A stretch of 63,796 bases of DNA, filler included, from an uncultured bacterium (GTDB taxonomy: Bacteria; CAZDME01; JAYEMH01), in assembly GCA_964506785.1 (NCBI GenBank). It is 5 parts of 5 records of this genome, joined end to end, with 100 filler letters (N's around TTAATTAATTAA, not from the genome) between each part and the next. Parts side by side here need not be neighbours in the genome. Positions count along the whole stretch, not along the records: positions 41,747 to 55,328 come from CAZDME010000040.1; positions 55,429 to 63,796 come from CAZDME010000056.1; 3 more parts are not named here. The stretch is one strand, 5' to 3'. The stretch's first letter is position 1; each line of letters opens with the position of its first letter. Below the pieces are notes generated by a model that worked only from the letters and a program-made list of their open reading frames with translations, ran no database searches and was not told the origin of the DNA. The translations under genes were made by a program, and so were the position numbers. Positions 52,284 to 61,492 of this stretch are shown here, in pieces.

Positions 52284-53639
52284 TTAGACTCCCATCTTCA
52301 TTAGATTTTCAAAACGGGCGTACTCTTCGATAAAAGCGAGTTTAACCGTTCCGGTAGGTCCATTCCTCTGCTTACCGATAATAATTTCGGCAATCCCTTT
52401 ATTCTCTTCAGTCGGGGTGTAATAGGATTCCCGGTAAATGAAACCAACCAAATCGGCGTCCTGCTCGATGGCTCCAGATTCCCGTAAATCGGAGAGCAGA
52501 GGCCGCCGGTTTACCCGGCTTTCTACGGCACGGCTTAACTGCGAAATAGCAATAACTGGAACGTGCAACTCCTTAGCCATTGATTTCAGAGATCGGGAAA
52601 TTTCAGATATTTCCTGCTGGCGATTTTCAATTTTGCCCCTTCCCTGCATAAGCTGGAGGTAATCGACAACTACCAATTTTATATCATGCTGTGTTTTAAG
52701 ACGGCGGGCTTTTGCCCTCAGTTCTAAAACAGAAATAGCCGGTGTGTCATCGATAAAAATTGCCGTTTCGGAAAGTCTGCCCGCGGCTATGGTCAATTTC
52801 GGCCAGGCTGACTCTCCTAAAAAACCGCTTAAAAGTTTCCGTCCATTTATCCGGGCCTCAGACCAAAGCATTCTTTGCACTAACTGCTCTTTAGACATCT
52901 CTAAGCTAAAAAACGCCACGGGCATTTTTTTCTCTACCGCGACATATTGGATAATGTTGATACAAAGCGAGGTTTTTCCCATCGCCGGCCGGCTGGCAAT
53001 AACCACCAAATCCCCGGACTGAAAACCGGTAGTCAAATGGTCTAAGTCTTTAAACCCAGAGGGAATGCCGGTTACATGCTCCTTGCGGTTATATAAATCT
53101 TCAATAAGTTCAAAACTATCTTTCAGAACCTCTTTAATGGGAATAAAACTCTGTTCAATCCGCCTTTGAGCTATTTCGAAAATCATTTGCTCGGCCCGAT
53201 CTAGAAGCATATCAGGATCTTCACTACTGGCATAGCTCTCGGTAATAATCTGTGTCGCCGTATTAATCAACTGGCGAAGAAGGGATTTTTCCTTAACAAT
53301 CTTAGCGTAATATTCTAAATGGGCCGAAGTAGGCACCGAATTGATTAAAGAAGTTAAATAACTTGCCCCACCTACTTCATCTAACTGCCCCATCTTTTTC
53401 AACTTGGCGGTCAACGTAATTACATCTACCGCTTCCCGACGTTCGTATAAATCAATAATAGCCGAAAAAATCGTTTGATGAGCTTCTTTATAAAAACTCT
53501 GGGAAGAAAGTATTTCTACCGCCCGGCCGATAGCTACATCCTCTAAAAGCATTGAGCCCAGCACGGACATTTCTGCTTCGATACTTTTAGGAGAAAGTTT
53601 TTCCTTAAGAAGAACTTCCTTTTCTGCCATGATTACCAC
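52284..53639 (-). CDS. dnaB: Replicative DNA helicase
   Basis: RPAMGKT, DYLQL, SQLSR, SDLRESGAIEQDAD, KQRNGPTG; no intein. Confidence 0.99.
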   Translation of the reverse strand: MVIMAEKEVLLKEKLSPKSIEAEMSVLGSMLLEDVAIGRAVEILSSQSFYKEAHQTIFSAIIDLYERREAVDVITLTAKLKKMGQLDEVGGASYLTSLINSVPTSAHLEYYAKIVKEKSLLRQLINTATQIITESYASSEDPDMLLDRAEQMIFEIAQRRIEQSFIPIKEVLKDSFELIEDLYNRKEHVTGIPSGFKDLDHLTTGFQSGDLVVIASRPAMGKTSLCINIIQYVAVEKKMPVAFFSLEMSKEQLVQRMLWSEARINGRKLLSGFLGESAWPKLTIAAGRLSETAIFIDDTPAISVLELRAKARRLKTQHDIKLVVVDYLQLMQGRGKIENRQQEISEISRSLKSMAKELHVPVIAISQLSRAVESRVNRRPLLSDLRESGAIEQDADLVGFIYRESYYTPTEENKGIAEIIIGKQRNGPTGTVKLAFIEEYARFENLMKMGV

Positions 53640-53648
53640 CTTTAGATT

Positions 53649-53717
53649 ATAGAAACCAGCTAACAGAAAACAAACTATTTCTGTCTGCTTCTGAGTTCTG
53701 CCGTCTGACTTCTGACT
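53649..53717. repeat. Opposed heptamer arrays forming a potential hairpin
   Basis: ATAGAAA CCAGCTA ACAGAAA ACAAACT ... TCTGAGT TCTGCCG TCTGACT TCTGACT. Confidence 0.6.
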
Positions 53718-53720
53718 TTA

Positions 53721-54164
53721 TTATTCTTTAATCACCCAGACCTTAAGCACAGTCTTTATCTCCGGGTGAAGTTCAACTGAAATATGATAGATCCCTAAAC
53801 TTTTTATCGGCTCAGCTAATTTGATCCCTTTTACAGCAATTTGCACACCTTCTTTGGCTAAAGCTTCGGCAATATCCTGCGAGGTTACCGAACCATAAAG
53901 TTTATTATCCGCGCCAGCTCTGGCCGAAATCGTGCAGGATATATTCTCAATTCTCTGGGACAAATTTTTCAAAGCCCCTTTTTCTTTTTCTTTGTTTCTA
54001 ACTTCTTTTTTCTTTTCTTCGTCAATAATCTGCAAATTACCAGAAGAGGCTTTTAAAGCCAGTCCTTTGGGAATCAGGAAATTACGAGCATATCCCTCGG
54101 CAACCTCAACAATATCTTTTTCCTTCCCTAACCCGGAAATTTTCTTTTTAAGAATAATTTTCAT
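53721..54164 (-). CDS. rplI: 50S ribosomal protein L9
   Basis: V..GYARNFLIPKG.A, KLYGSVT. Confidence 0.98.
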   Translation of the reverse strand: MKIILKKKISGLGKEKDIVEVAEGYARNFLIPKGLALKASSGNLQIIDEEKKKEVRNKEKEKGALKNLSQRIENISCTISARAGADNKLYGSVTSQDIAEALAKEGVQIAVKGIKLAEPIKSLGIYHISVELHPEIKTVLKVWVIKE

Positions 54165-54235
54165 TTTTATCCCTTTTTACAATACTGGTTTATAATGTTT
54201 CGGAGAACATGACATTGTTGTTATTNNNNNNNNNN

Positions 54236-54480
54236 AAAGGCAAAAGATTAGCCATCCTGGCCCTTTTAATCACCTTGGCTAAATGCCTCTGATGATAAGC
54301 GCAGTTTCCAGAAATCCGGCGAGGAATAATCTTCCCCCTTTCGGTGGTATAGCGTTTGAGCCTGGTGACATCCTTATAATCGATCATATCAACTTTATCA
54401 ATGCAAAATTTACAAACTTTTTTCTTAAAAAAAGTCCTTTTTTTTCTTTTTTGAAGTTTTTTCTTTTTAAACCTGGCCAT
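54236..54480 (-). CDS. rpsR: 30S ribosomal protein S18; 3' end lies in the 10-N gap
   Basis: [28 protein letters not shown]...LLP. Confidence 0.96.
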
Positions 54481-54496
54481 TTATTTATCTCCTTTC

Positions 54497-54916
54497 CTAG
54501 AATGGGACTTCATCGCTTTTATCGTCAAAATTAACCGTGGCTTCGTTTTTTTCTTCTTGAGCCGCTTCGTTTTTGGGGACAAAACCACGCCCTCCTAAAA
54601 ACTGGACCCTTTCGGCGACAACATCCAAAGCGCTCCTTTTTTCTCCGGCAGGAGTCTCCCAGGAGCGGCTTTGGAGCCTTCCCTCAATAAATACCGGCCG
54701 GCCCTTGTTTAGATATTGGCTGCAAGATTCCGCCTGTTTACCCCAGACAACTATACGAAGAAAACACGCCTCTTCCTTTTTCTCCTTGTTAGCCGTGATA
54801 TAAGTACGGTTAACGGCAAGGCCTAAATTGCATACCGGACGGCCGTCAGGAAGATACCGCAATTCCGGGTCCCTGGTGAGATTGCCGATAAGAAATACTT
54901 TATTAAGATTGGCCAT
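54497..54916 (-). CDS. ssb: Single-stranded DNA-binding protein
   Basis: NKVFLIGNLTRDPE, EGRLQSRSW, C-terminal EVPF. Confidence 0.98.
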   Translation of the reverse strand: MANLNKVFLIGNLTRDPELRYLPDGRPVCNLGLAVNRTYITANKEKKEEACFLRIVVWGKQAESCSQYLNKGRPVFIEGRLQSRSWETPAGEKRSALDVVAERVQFLGGRGFVPKNEAAQEEKNEATVNFDDKSDEVPF

Positions 54917-55208
54917 TTTTCTCTCCTTCCCTTTTGAATATCGAAAAACGCAAAATACCTTCCTTCAACTGATAAAGTTTTCTTAATTCACCTAAGGTAT
55001 CCCGAGGAACGGAAAAATAAATGAGGTAAAATTTAGCTTCTTTTTTGCCTTTGATAGAATGATGCAGTTTCTTCTGCCCCCATTCTTCAATCTTTTCCAC
55101 TTTGCCTTTAAATTGTTTGATGCCGTCCTGGATATTTTGAAGCTTTTCCTTTAACTTATCTTCGGCCATAACCGGATCGAGGATAAAAAGCCCTTCATAA
55201 TGTCGCAA
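54903..55208 (-). CDS. rpsF: 30S ribosomal protein S6
   Basis: RHYE..FILDP, EEWG.KKL; rpsF-ssb-rpsR order; TTG start with AGGAGG RBS. Confidence 0.93.
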   Translation of the reverse strand: MRHYEGLFILDPVMAEDKLKEKLQNIQDGIKQFKGKVEKIEEWGQKKLHHSIKGKKEAKFYLIYFSVPRDTLGELRKLYQLKEGILRFSIFKREGEKNGQS

Positions 55209-55273
55209 AGTTCCACCTCCTTATTTTTAAAAGATTACCGTAACCAAGTTACAAGCGATATATGTCTCTTCTC

Positions 55274-55328
55274 TTACGAACTTCTAAATTTAAATTGGAC
55301 GACATCTCCGTCCTGAATTTGATAATCT
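55274..55328 (-). CDS. ychF: C-terminal end of the YchF ATPase
   Basis: Translates DYQIQDGDVVQFKFRSS*, matching the YchF end; upstream of rpsF as is common. Confidence 0.8.
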
Positions 55329-55428
55329 NNNNNNNNNNNNNNNNNNNNNNNNNNNNNNNNNNNNNNNNNNNNTTAATTAATTAANNNNNNNNNNNNNNNN
55401 NNNNNNNNNNNNNNNNNNNNNNNNNNNN
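55329..55428. other. Artificial contig-join spacer
   Basis: N-run + TTAATTAATTAA + N-run. Confidence 0.97.
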
Positions 55429-55699
55429 TTAAAAGAGTCACCAAGGTTTCTGCCTTATATAATCCATATGGAAATCTCGCGCTTTTTTTCTTCCCCGCCA
55501 GCCAAAGCCCAAATCCGGAGGCGAAAATCGCCAAAAGATCGGCTCCGCTATGAAAAGCATCAGCCAATAGTATCTTTGAATCGAAAAGATATCCTATAGC
55601 ACCTTTGGTTACCGCTAAAAGCAAAGTAAAAAAAGTAGCCATAAAAGCTACTTTTTGGCCTCTTTTTAGCTTTTCTACGCTTTTACTATTAACGCTCAT
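55429..55699 (-). CDS. Cation diffusion facilitator transporter, 3'-truncated
   Basis: LADAFHSGAD, FPYGLYKAE. Confidence 0.88.
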
Positions 55700-55713
55700 T
55701 TTCTATCTCTAAA

Positions 55714-55947
55714 TTATTCCCGGGGAAATTGCCGGGTCATAAATGCTCCGCAACCAGGGCATCTTGTTTGAAAACAAGGCAAGCCTCGTTTGTGAGGTAA
55801 AACTCGCCCGCAATTGGGGCAAATACATGTATCCGGAGATCCAACCGGCCCCCGCGGCCCGAACCATCCCCATCTTCTTCCTCCTCTAAAACCCTTGCCT
55901 CGGCCCCGGCCGCCGCGCCCTCCGCCTCTTCCGAATCCAAATGGCAT
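55714..55947 (-). CDS. Small Gly/Arg-rich protein with Cys zinc-ribbon motifs
   Basis: GRGG repeats, CICPNCG...H..G.PC....CPGCG. Confidence 0.75.
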   Translation of the reverse strand: MPFGFGRGGGRGGRGRGKGFRGGRRWGWFGPRGPVGSPDTCICPNCGRVLPHKRGLPCFQTRCPGCGAFMTRQFPRE

Positions 55948-55993
55948 TTCGATACTCCTTTTCTGGGAATTTATTTTACGGTTAATATCGTCA

Positions 55994-56362
55994 CTACTTG
56001 CTTTTGCCTCTTATTTTTATTCCCTTCATCCTTAATGCATCTGTTCTTTTCCTGGAACATTCCCTGCAGAAAAATTTCGGTTCGGCATTCCGCTTATCGT
56101 AATTAGGGGCCAACACCAATCTTTGCAAACTTGTTTCTTTGCCGCATTGGTCACACCTGCCCTTTTCCTTGAAATGCCACATCTCAACCGCCTTCGAAGT
56201 AAATATAAATCGGTCTACCCAAAAAAATATCGATCCCCCTATCAAGTTGGCTATAATCGTAGACCATATGCCTACTCCCAAATTCCTGACTACCAGCCAC
56301 AAGATAGGAGTACTTAATTGCCAGCGAAACAAATATAACGTAAACCTTTTGATATTAATCAT
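55994..56362 (-). CDS. Small membrane protein with a C-terminal CxxC...CxxC
   Basis: RWQLSTPIL, ANLIGG.IFFWVD..IF, CDQC and CREC. Confidence 0.7.
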   Translation of the reverse strand: MINIKRFTLYLFRWQLSTPILWLVVRNLGVGIWSTIIANLIGGSIFFWVDRFIFTSKAVEMWHFKEKGRCDQCGKETSLQRLVLAPNYDKRNAEPKFFCRECSRKRTDALRMKGIKIRGKSK

Positions 56363-56990
56363 GGTGGCTAACGTCTTTTACGAACAACAACGGAAAAACA
56401 ATGTCACTCACACAACAAGGTATCCATACCGCGATAAAAAGAAATAAAAATATGGCGATATACAAGAACCATTGCAGCGATTCCCCCATAGCCATAATAA
56501 TGTGAAACAGCGATGCCCAAGTGCTTAAAAGCACGTGACCGGCATGAGGAAATTTTGTCCTTGGCCGAAAATAAGCTATCGCCACTCCTAATAGCGCTAA
56601 CGGATTAACCAACCACCACTTTTCGATGAAACCTATATGGATACCCCTATTTGGCATATTAAGCAAAGTCTCCCCTAGATACGGTATTAAAGAATCGCTT
56701 ATTGTCGCAATGCCTATGGATCCCGTATACCCGATAATAAGTAAAACCCAAAAATTACATTTTCCCGCAAGGCATTTTCCGCTAAAGCGTTCGCACTCAT
56801 GAAGTTCAAACATAGATGCGGTAACAAGGGCGCTTAAAACAACATGCAACGGATGAAGTATATAAAAAATGTTATAAGAAAAATTGGCGGGTAATTTCCG
56901 AAAAAACACCATGATTACAATACCGGTAACCGCTCCAAAAAGAGTAAAAGGAGCGTGAATTTTTAATTCCTTTGAGACCTGCTTAAACAC
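56355..56990 (-). CDS. His/Cys-containing polytopic membrane protein
   Basis: HAPFT, LHPLHV, PHAGHV, PCC.SDIVFP. Confidence 0.75.
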   Translation of the reverse strand: MFKQVSKELKIHAPFTLFGAVTGIVIMVFFRKLPANFSYNIFYILHPLHVVLSALVTASMFELHECERFSGKCLAGKCNFWVLLIIGYTGSIGIATISDSLIPYLGETLLNMPNRGIHIGFIEKWWLVNPLALLGVAIAYFRPRTKFPHAGHVLLSTWASLFHIIMAMGESLQWFLYIAIFLFLFIAVWIPCCVSDIVFPLLFVKDVSHHD

Positions 56991-57025
56991 CTTAATACCT
57001 GCTTTATTTTCTGCCAGGACCGGAT

Positions 57026-57455
57026 TTATATCTTTCTTACGTAAAATTTGTTATTTTTATATTCTGTTTCCGTTAATTTGCCTTCAGCTATTGGCCTATC
57101 GATAACAGCCCAATCTCTATTGGCTTTTTTTAAAAATTCACTTACCGCTTCTTTTTTCATCGGATGCGCCGATGCAATGCTTAAAAGGTCTTCTTTAACA
57201 TTCCCCGTAAACGAAAAGGCATTTCCCTCATATTTCAAGGAAACCCAATCAGCCCCGCATAAATCATTCAGGTCATCTTTTTGCCATATAAAAGAAGCGT
57301 TTGAGATAACAGCCATTTTGATTCCCGGTGGCTTAAGTAATTCTATTTCCTTACCAGGATTAACATCAAGTTGGAGGAATATTATTTATCCCTAAACTCC
57401 GGCCCAGGCGCCTTGACGGAACCGGGCCGAATGTTAATAAACTTTCTTTAATCAT
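57026..57455 (-). pseudogene. Decayed radical SAM gene
   Basis: MIKESLLTFGPVPSRRLGRSLG, frameshift, INNIPP; the CxxxCxxC region is absent; ADWVSLK is joined directly to YEGNAF. Confidence 0.8.
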
Positions 57456-57492
57456 TATATTTTGATATTTTTTCTCGCTGAAATTATTCTAA

Positions 57493-58206
57493 TTACACGT
57501 CCAGTATATGACCTGTTTTCAGGGAAACGAAATTTTTACCGTATTTTTCCCTGAAAATTTTCTCTGCTTCCGGGCCGCTACAATGCATAGGCCCGCTTTT
57601 AATTATACCCATTTTCTTAAAGTTCCCGGCTAAAATCTGTATCGCTCTCTTATCTGCTTCCATCAGATGAAATCCGCCTAAAACAAGGTAAATAAGCTCC
57701 TTTGGAAATTTTGTTTTTGCTTTTTCCACCATTTTCAGGACTCCGGGATGGGCGCATCCCGTAATTATGATAAGGCCATTTTCCGTTTTTAACACCATAG
57801 CTTGTTCTGCCATATATTTGCCATTATAGGCCCCGGCTATTTCTCCGGTAGAAAATATATCCGGCAAAATTTGCGTTAATTTATCTGCCTCGATAAGATT
57901 GGCGTCGAGTTTTTTGGCTTTATTTTTAAATTCGCGGCTAAAATTAGGGCAGATGTACACAGGCATGCCTTTTTTGCTTTTCAGCAAATCCCAAAGCCCT
58001 CCCCAATGATCCCAGTGGTCATGGGAAATCACTATTGCCTTAATCTTGCCTGCATCAACTTTCAATGATCGCATATTCTCGAGTAACCACTTCCCTTTTT
58101 CCCCTGTATCAAACAGTATTTTATCATTAATCAAAAAGGAAATGCCCCATCCAATATGGAGATTTTTATCCTTCCTATCCTTATCGAAAAGAATTTTTAT
58201 TTTCAT
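57493..58206 (-). CDS. Metallo-beta-lactamase-fold hydrolase (COG1237-like)
   Basis: LFDTG, SHDHWDHWGG, GCAHPG, GGFHL, HCSG. Confidence 0.9.
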   Translation of the reverse strand: MKIKILFDKDRKDKNLHIGWGISFLINDKILFDTGEKGKWLLENMRSLKVDAGKIKAIVISHDHWDHWGGLWDLLKSKKGMPVYICPNFSREFKNKAKKLDANLIEADKLTQILPDIFSTGEIAGAYNGKYMAEQAMVLKTENGLIIITGCAHPGVLKMVEKAKTKFPKELIYLVLGGFHLMEADKRAIQILAGNFKKMGIIKSGPMHCSGPEAEKIFREKYGKNFVSLKTGHILDV

Positions 58207-58219
58207 TTTTAACGTCTTC

Positions 58220-58720
58220 CTATATTTTTTTGATTATTTTCCTATGTGACGAAAACGGTATTGCGGGTAAATCTTTCTTACTGAAAAATTTAGCATCTTT
58301 CAATTCATTATTTAATAATAACGATCCTTGAAAAATTTCAACTTCATACCCGATAACAAGAAGCGAACCATATTCTCTCGACTTTTGAATATAAATGCCT
58401 ATCAAGTTTTTGATTTCACCCTTTAAGCCTGTTTCCTCTTTTAACTCTCTCAGGCATGCGATTTCAGGCATTTCTTCTGACTCAACAAATCCCCCGGGCA
58501 AAGCCCACTTATTTATTCCCGGTTTTATATTTCTTTTGACTATAAGAATCTTACCTCTCCCGTTCTTTGCCACACAAACAGCCACGGGTAAAGGGTTTTT
58601 ATAATATATCCAACCACACTTTTGACAGGCCAACCTTTTTCGGCCGTCCACCTGTTCCTTGCGTAAATAATATCCGCATAAAGGGCAAAATTTAAATTTC
58701 TTCGGAGTTGAATTTTTCAT
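58220..58720 (-). CDS. NUDIX hydrolase with an N-terminal zinc ribbon
   Basis: FCPLCG, CQKCG, LPGGFVE..E....ACLRELKEETG. Alternative start at 58753. Confidence 0.92.
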   Translation of the reverse strand: MKNSTPKKFKFCPLCGYYLRKEQVDGRKRLACQKCGWIYYKNPLPVAVCVAKNGRGKILIVKRNIKPGINKWALPGGFVESEEMPEIACLRELKEETGLKGEIKNLIGIYIQKSREYGSLLVIGYEVEIFQGSLLLNNELKDAKFFSKKDLPAIPFSSHRKIIKKI

Positions 58721-58730
58721 TTTATCTTTT

Positions 58731-59276
58731 TCATTTTTTATAATCTTTTTCACCCGCGTAAACCGGTACTTTTAACCAATTTTCAGGAGGGGTAAAAGGG
58801 CAGGCGTAATCCCTGCTATACGCGCACCAGGGGTTATACGCATCATTAAAATCAATTATCCATTTCCCCCCGGGGGTTTGATGCCTGCCGGTTTCAAGGT
58901 CCAGATACCGCCCTGCCCCATATGTTTCTTTACCGCTGGTGACATCCCTGAAAGGGACAAAAAACCCCTCTTCTTCAGGGGAACTTTTATAAATCTGCAA
59001 TTTACAATCTGTATCACCTATTCTGAAATTAAATTCACCCCACTTTAAAAACTTCCGCTCATTTCCTTTGGTATCTTCTATTTTCACCGTTTCCTTCTCC
59101 CCATGTTCCCGGAGGTCAAGCTCAAAGAGGTAATCCCGATCAGGGCTATAATAATTTAAGCCTTTAAATTTTTGACATTCGTCAAAAGATAGGGGCGACT
59201 GAAAAGGTGTTTTAAAAAATCCGTCTTTTTCCCTGCGTTTTGCTTCAATATGTTGTTTCCACCCGGCGATATCCAT
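58731..59276 (-). CDS. DUF1684-family protein
   Basis: F.PFRD.TSG.ETYGAGRYL, DFN.AYNP.CAY...Y.CP. Confidence 0.9.
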   Translation of the reverse strand: MDIAGWKQHIEAKRREKDGFFKTPFQSPLSFDECQKFKGLNYYSPDRDYLFELDLREHGEKETVKIEDTKGNERKFLKWGEFNFRIGDTDCKLQIYKSSPEEEGFFVPFRDVTSGKETYGAGRYLDLETGRHQTPGGKWIIDFNDAYNPWCAYSRDYACPFTPPENWLKVPVYAGEKDYKK

Positions 59277-59325
59277 TGCTTTTCCTTCCTTTTACCTGTA
59301 AGAATAAAAAATTCTCTTCGAACCC

Positions 59326-59610
59326 TTATTCCGGAATTTTATCTACTGCCTCGTATTTTGCCAGAAGGTCATCTTCGGTAAGCAAAATATAATCTTCCCC
59401 CTCTGCCTTAACTTCCGTTCCGCTTAATTCCTTATAAATTACGCGGTCACCAACCGCCACTTCATCGGTTGCGTCTTCCGCTACCGCAATAACCTTACCC
59501 TCCTGAAGTTTTTCTTTAGCGGTATCAGGAACATATATACCGCCGGATGTCTTATCTCTGGCCTCAAGGGGTTTTACCAGAATCTGTCCGTTTATTGGTT
59601 GCAACTTCAT
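59326..59610 (-). CDS. groES: Co-chaperonin GroES (short variant, no adjacent groEL)
   Basis: KTSGGIYVPDTAKEK, G.V.AV, VGDRV.Y, GTEVK, EDDLLA. Confidence 0.9.
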   Translation of the reverse strand: MKLQPINGQILVKPLEARDKTSGGIYVPDTAKEKLQEGKVIAVAEDATDEVAVGDRVIYKELSGTEVKAEGEDYILLTEDDLLAKYEAVDKIPE

Positions 59611-59624
59611 ACTATCACCTCCTT

Positions 59625-60209
59625 TTAAGTAGAAAGAAACCTGTCAATTTTCGCCTGATCAAATCCTACCACTAAATGCCCGTCAATATCAATCTGCGGC
59701 ACGGCCATCTGGCCGCTGCGCCTTACTAATCTTTCGGCTGCGCGCTGGTCTTGAGCTATATCTACTGTCGTAAAATTAATACCCTGTTTACGTAAATATG
59801 CCTTGGCGGTTCCGCAGGCGGGGCAACCTGGGCCGCTATACACAACTACCCGATGAAAAATCTTTTTTTCGCCGCTTTTACGGGGCGATGCCATACCGCA
59901 TAATACACGGCCGTAAAACCTAGCATTTTCAACCCCTTCTATACGCCGGACTATCTTTTTTTCGCGAAACGCTAAAACTGTAGGTACATTTTTCACATTA
60001 AACTGTTTATGCACGCCTTTAATCTTTTCCACGTCAACAACATAAACAGGAATTTTTTTGTTTTCCTTACTAAAATTTTCGATTTCACCCAAAGCTCGCC
60101 TCGCGTTAGGCGAAAAACCCGCATAAAACATTAAAACCAAAAAGTCCTTGTGTTTATTTTGCGCGTCCTGAAAATGATTCCGGTTTTTTATCCATTCAAA
60201 CATTACCAT
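59625..60209 (-). CDS. Thioredoxin-like plus glutaredoxin (NrdH-like) fusion
   Basis: N-terminal Trx fold with cis-Pro VPT but no CxxC; C-terminal CPAC, VPQI, VVGFD. Confidence 0.85.
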   Translation of the reverse strand: MVMFEWIKNRNHFQDAQNKHKDFLVLMFYAGFSPNARRALGEIENFSKENKKIPVYVVDVEKIKGVHKQFNVKNVPTVLAFREKKIVRRIEGVENARFYGRVLCGMASPRKSGEKKIFHRVVVYSGPGCPACGTAKAYLRKQGINFTTVDIAQDQRAAERLVRRSGQMAVPQIDIDGHLVVGFDQAKIDRFLST

Positions 60210-60216
60210 TTGCCTT

Positions 60217-60594
60217 TCAGATTTTATTTAAAAGAATTTTTACTTCGTTTTGTACGATTTTATAAACCCTCTTTTCTAGATCCTTAAAAGGTAATTTCTT
60301 TTCCTTTTTGACGCCAAGAAGCGAGGTTAACTCGATGTAAGTATCTACAGACACCCCCTCCCTTTTAAATAGTTCCTTGCCGCACTGAATCGCGCAGGCG
60401 TCTATTAAAATACGCTTTTTTGAGTTTTTTACAATTTCCCCACGCTTCCATGGCACTATGGCGGCGGGAAGACATCCTATTTTCACATCATCAGGATTTT
60501 CCTCCCATACCCTTATACAGGCTTTAGATGCGGCAACGCCGGTGGCGCATCCGCCATAACAGGTAAAAATCAAAACTTTATAAAGATTGGCCAC
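60217..60594 (-). CDS. DGC-domain putative zinc-binding protein
   Basis: TCYGG, GCL, IDAC...CGK. Confidence 0.75.
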   Translation of the reverse strand: MANLYKVLIFTCYGGCATGVAASKACIRVWEENPDDVKIGCLPAAIVPWKRGEIVKNSKKRILIDACAIQCGKELFKREGVSVDTYIELTSLLGVKKEKKLPFKDLEKRVYKIVQNEVKILLNKI

Positions 60595-60946
60595 TTTTTA
60601 ATTGTTTAAGCTCTTCTATGGTTTTTTCGGCAACGATTTTTTGTTTATTGTAATGCTTTATCATTCGCTGTAAGCATTTATTTTTTTCCTTAACATCAGC
60701 GAGATATTTTGCGCAAAGATCCATAAATCTTTTTGTTTCTTCCACGTTATTTTTTACATTTTCCGGTATTTTTTCGCTGTCATGCCTTACTGCCTCATTG
60801 GGACATACACTGTGGCAGGTACCGCAATGAATGCAATTTTCCATATTTATTCTTGCCTTCTCATCCTCCATCGAAATTGCGTCAACCGGACATTTCCCGA
60901 CGCAAACATTGCAACCGGTACATTTTTTTTCGTCAACCCATGGCAT
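60578..60946 (-). CDS. 2x[4Fe-4S] ferredoxin with a C-terminal extension
   Basis: CTGCNVCVGKCP and CIHCGTCHSVCP. Confidence 0.92.
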   Translation of the reverse strand: MPWVDEKKCTGCNVCVGKCPVDAISMEDEKARINMENCIHCGTCHSVCPNEAVRHDSEKIPENVKNNVEETKRFMDLCAKYLADVKEKNKCLQRMIKHYNKQKIVAEKTIEELKQLKSGQSL

Positions 60947-60947
60947 A

Positions 60948-61490
60948 TTATAACCTCCTGAAATTTTCAGAACTATAGCGGCAAGCCAATAAAAACAACA
61001 GATCCGATAATCTATTTAAATAAATCAATATATCATCGTCTTCTATGCCCTCCTTATTTCTTAACGCTACCACCCTGCGTTCCAAGCGCCTGGCGATAGT
61101 ACGGACAACATGCAATGTCGCGGAACATAAATTATTGCCGGGCAGCACAAAATTTCGGAAATGATATTTTTTTTCCAGCTTTCCAATTTCTTTTTCTAAA
61201 TATTTTACATATTTAAAAAGGGAGTTTCGTCCGCTTTTTTGCGAACTGCCCCCGGAAATCCGGCCCCCTACGATAAATAAGTTATTCTGCACCCTTTTTA
61301 AAATATCTTTGCCGCCTTCATCCCTTATTAAACTTTTAGCCATTCCCAAAAAAGAACTAAGTTCGTCTATAGTACCTGCCGCTTCAAGCCTTAAATCGTC
61401 TTTGGGCAGCTTATGGCCTGAAAGCGCATAGGCGTATCCCTTGTCTCCCTTTTTTGTAACAATACTTACTGTTTGTCTCCGCGGCGGCAT
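60948..61490 (-). CDS. PduO-type cob(I)alamin adenosyltransferase
   Basis: TKKGDKG, GTIDELSS, LHVVRTIARR.ER, YLNRLSDLLF. Confidence 0.9.
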   Translation of the reverse strand: MPPRRQTVSIVTKKGDKGYAYALSGHKLPKDDLRLEAAGTIDELSSFLGMAKSLIRDEGGKDILKRVQNNLFIVGGRISGGSSQKSGRNSLFKYVKYLEKEIGKLEKKYHFRNFVLPGNNLCSATLHVVRTIARRLERRVVALRNKEGIEDDDILIYLNRLSDLLFLLACRYSSENFRRL

Positions 61491-61492
61491 AA

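Noticed and set aside
54190-54235. Apparent C-terminal extension of S18 (NNNNVMFSETL)
   Set aside because: It reads through a 10-N gap of unknown true length and is probably the end of a missing gene.
13984-55428. Four identical TTAATTAATTAA motifs within N-runs
   Set aside because: Artificial scaffolding linkers, not a biological repeat. ORF ends reading ...XXXLIN or ...XN are artefacts.
60560-60594. DGC protein start MANLYKV resembling the Ssb start MANLNKV
   Set aside because: Similarity is limited to a few residues and is treated as coincidence.
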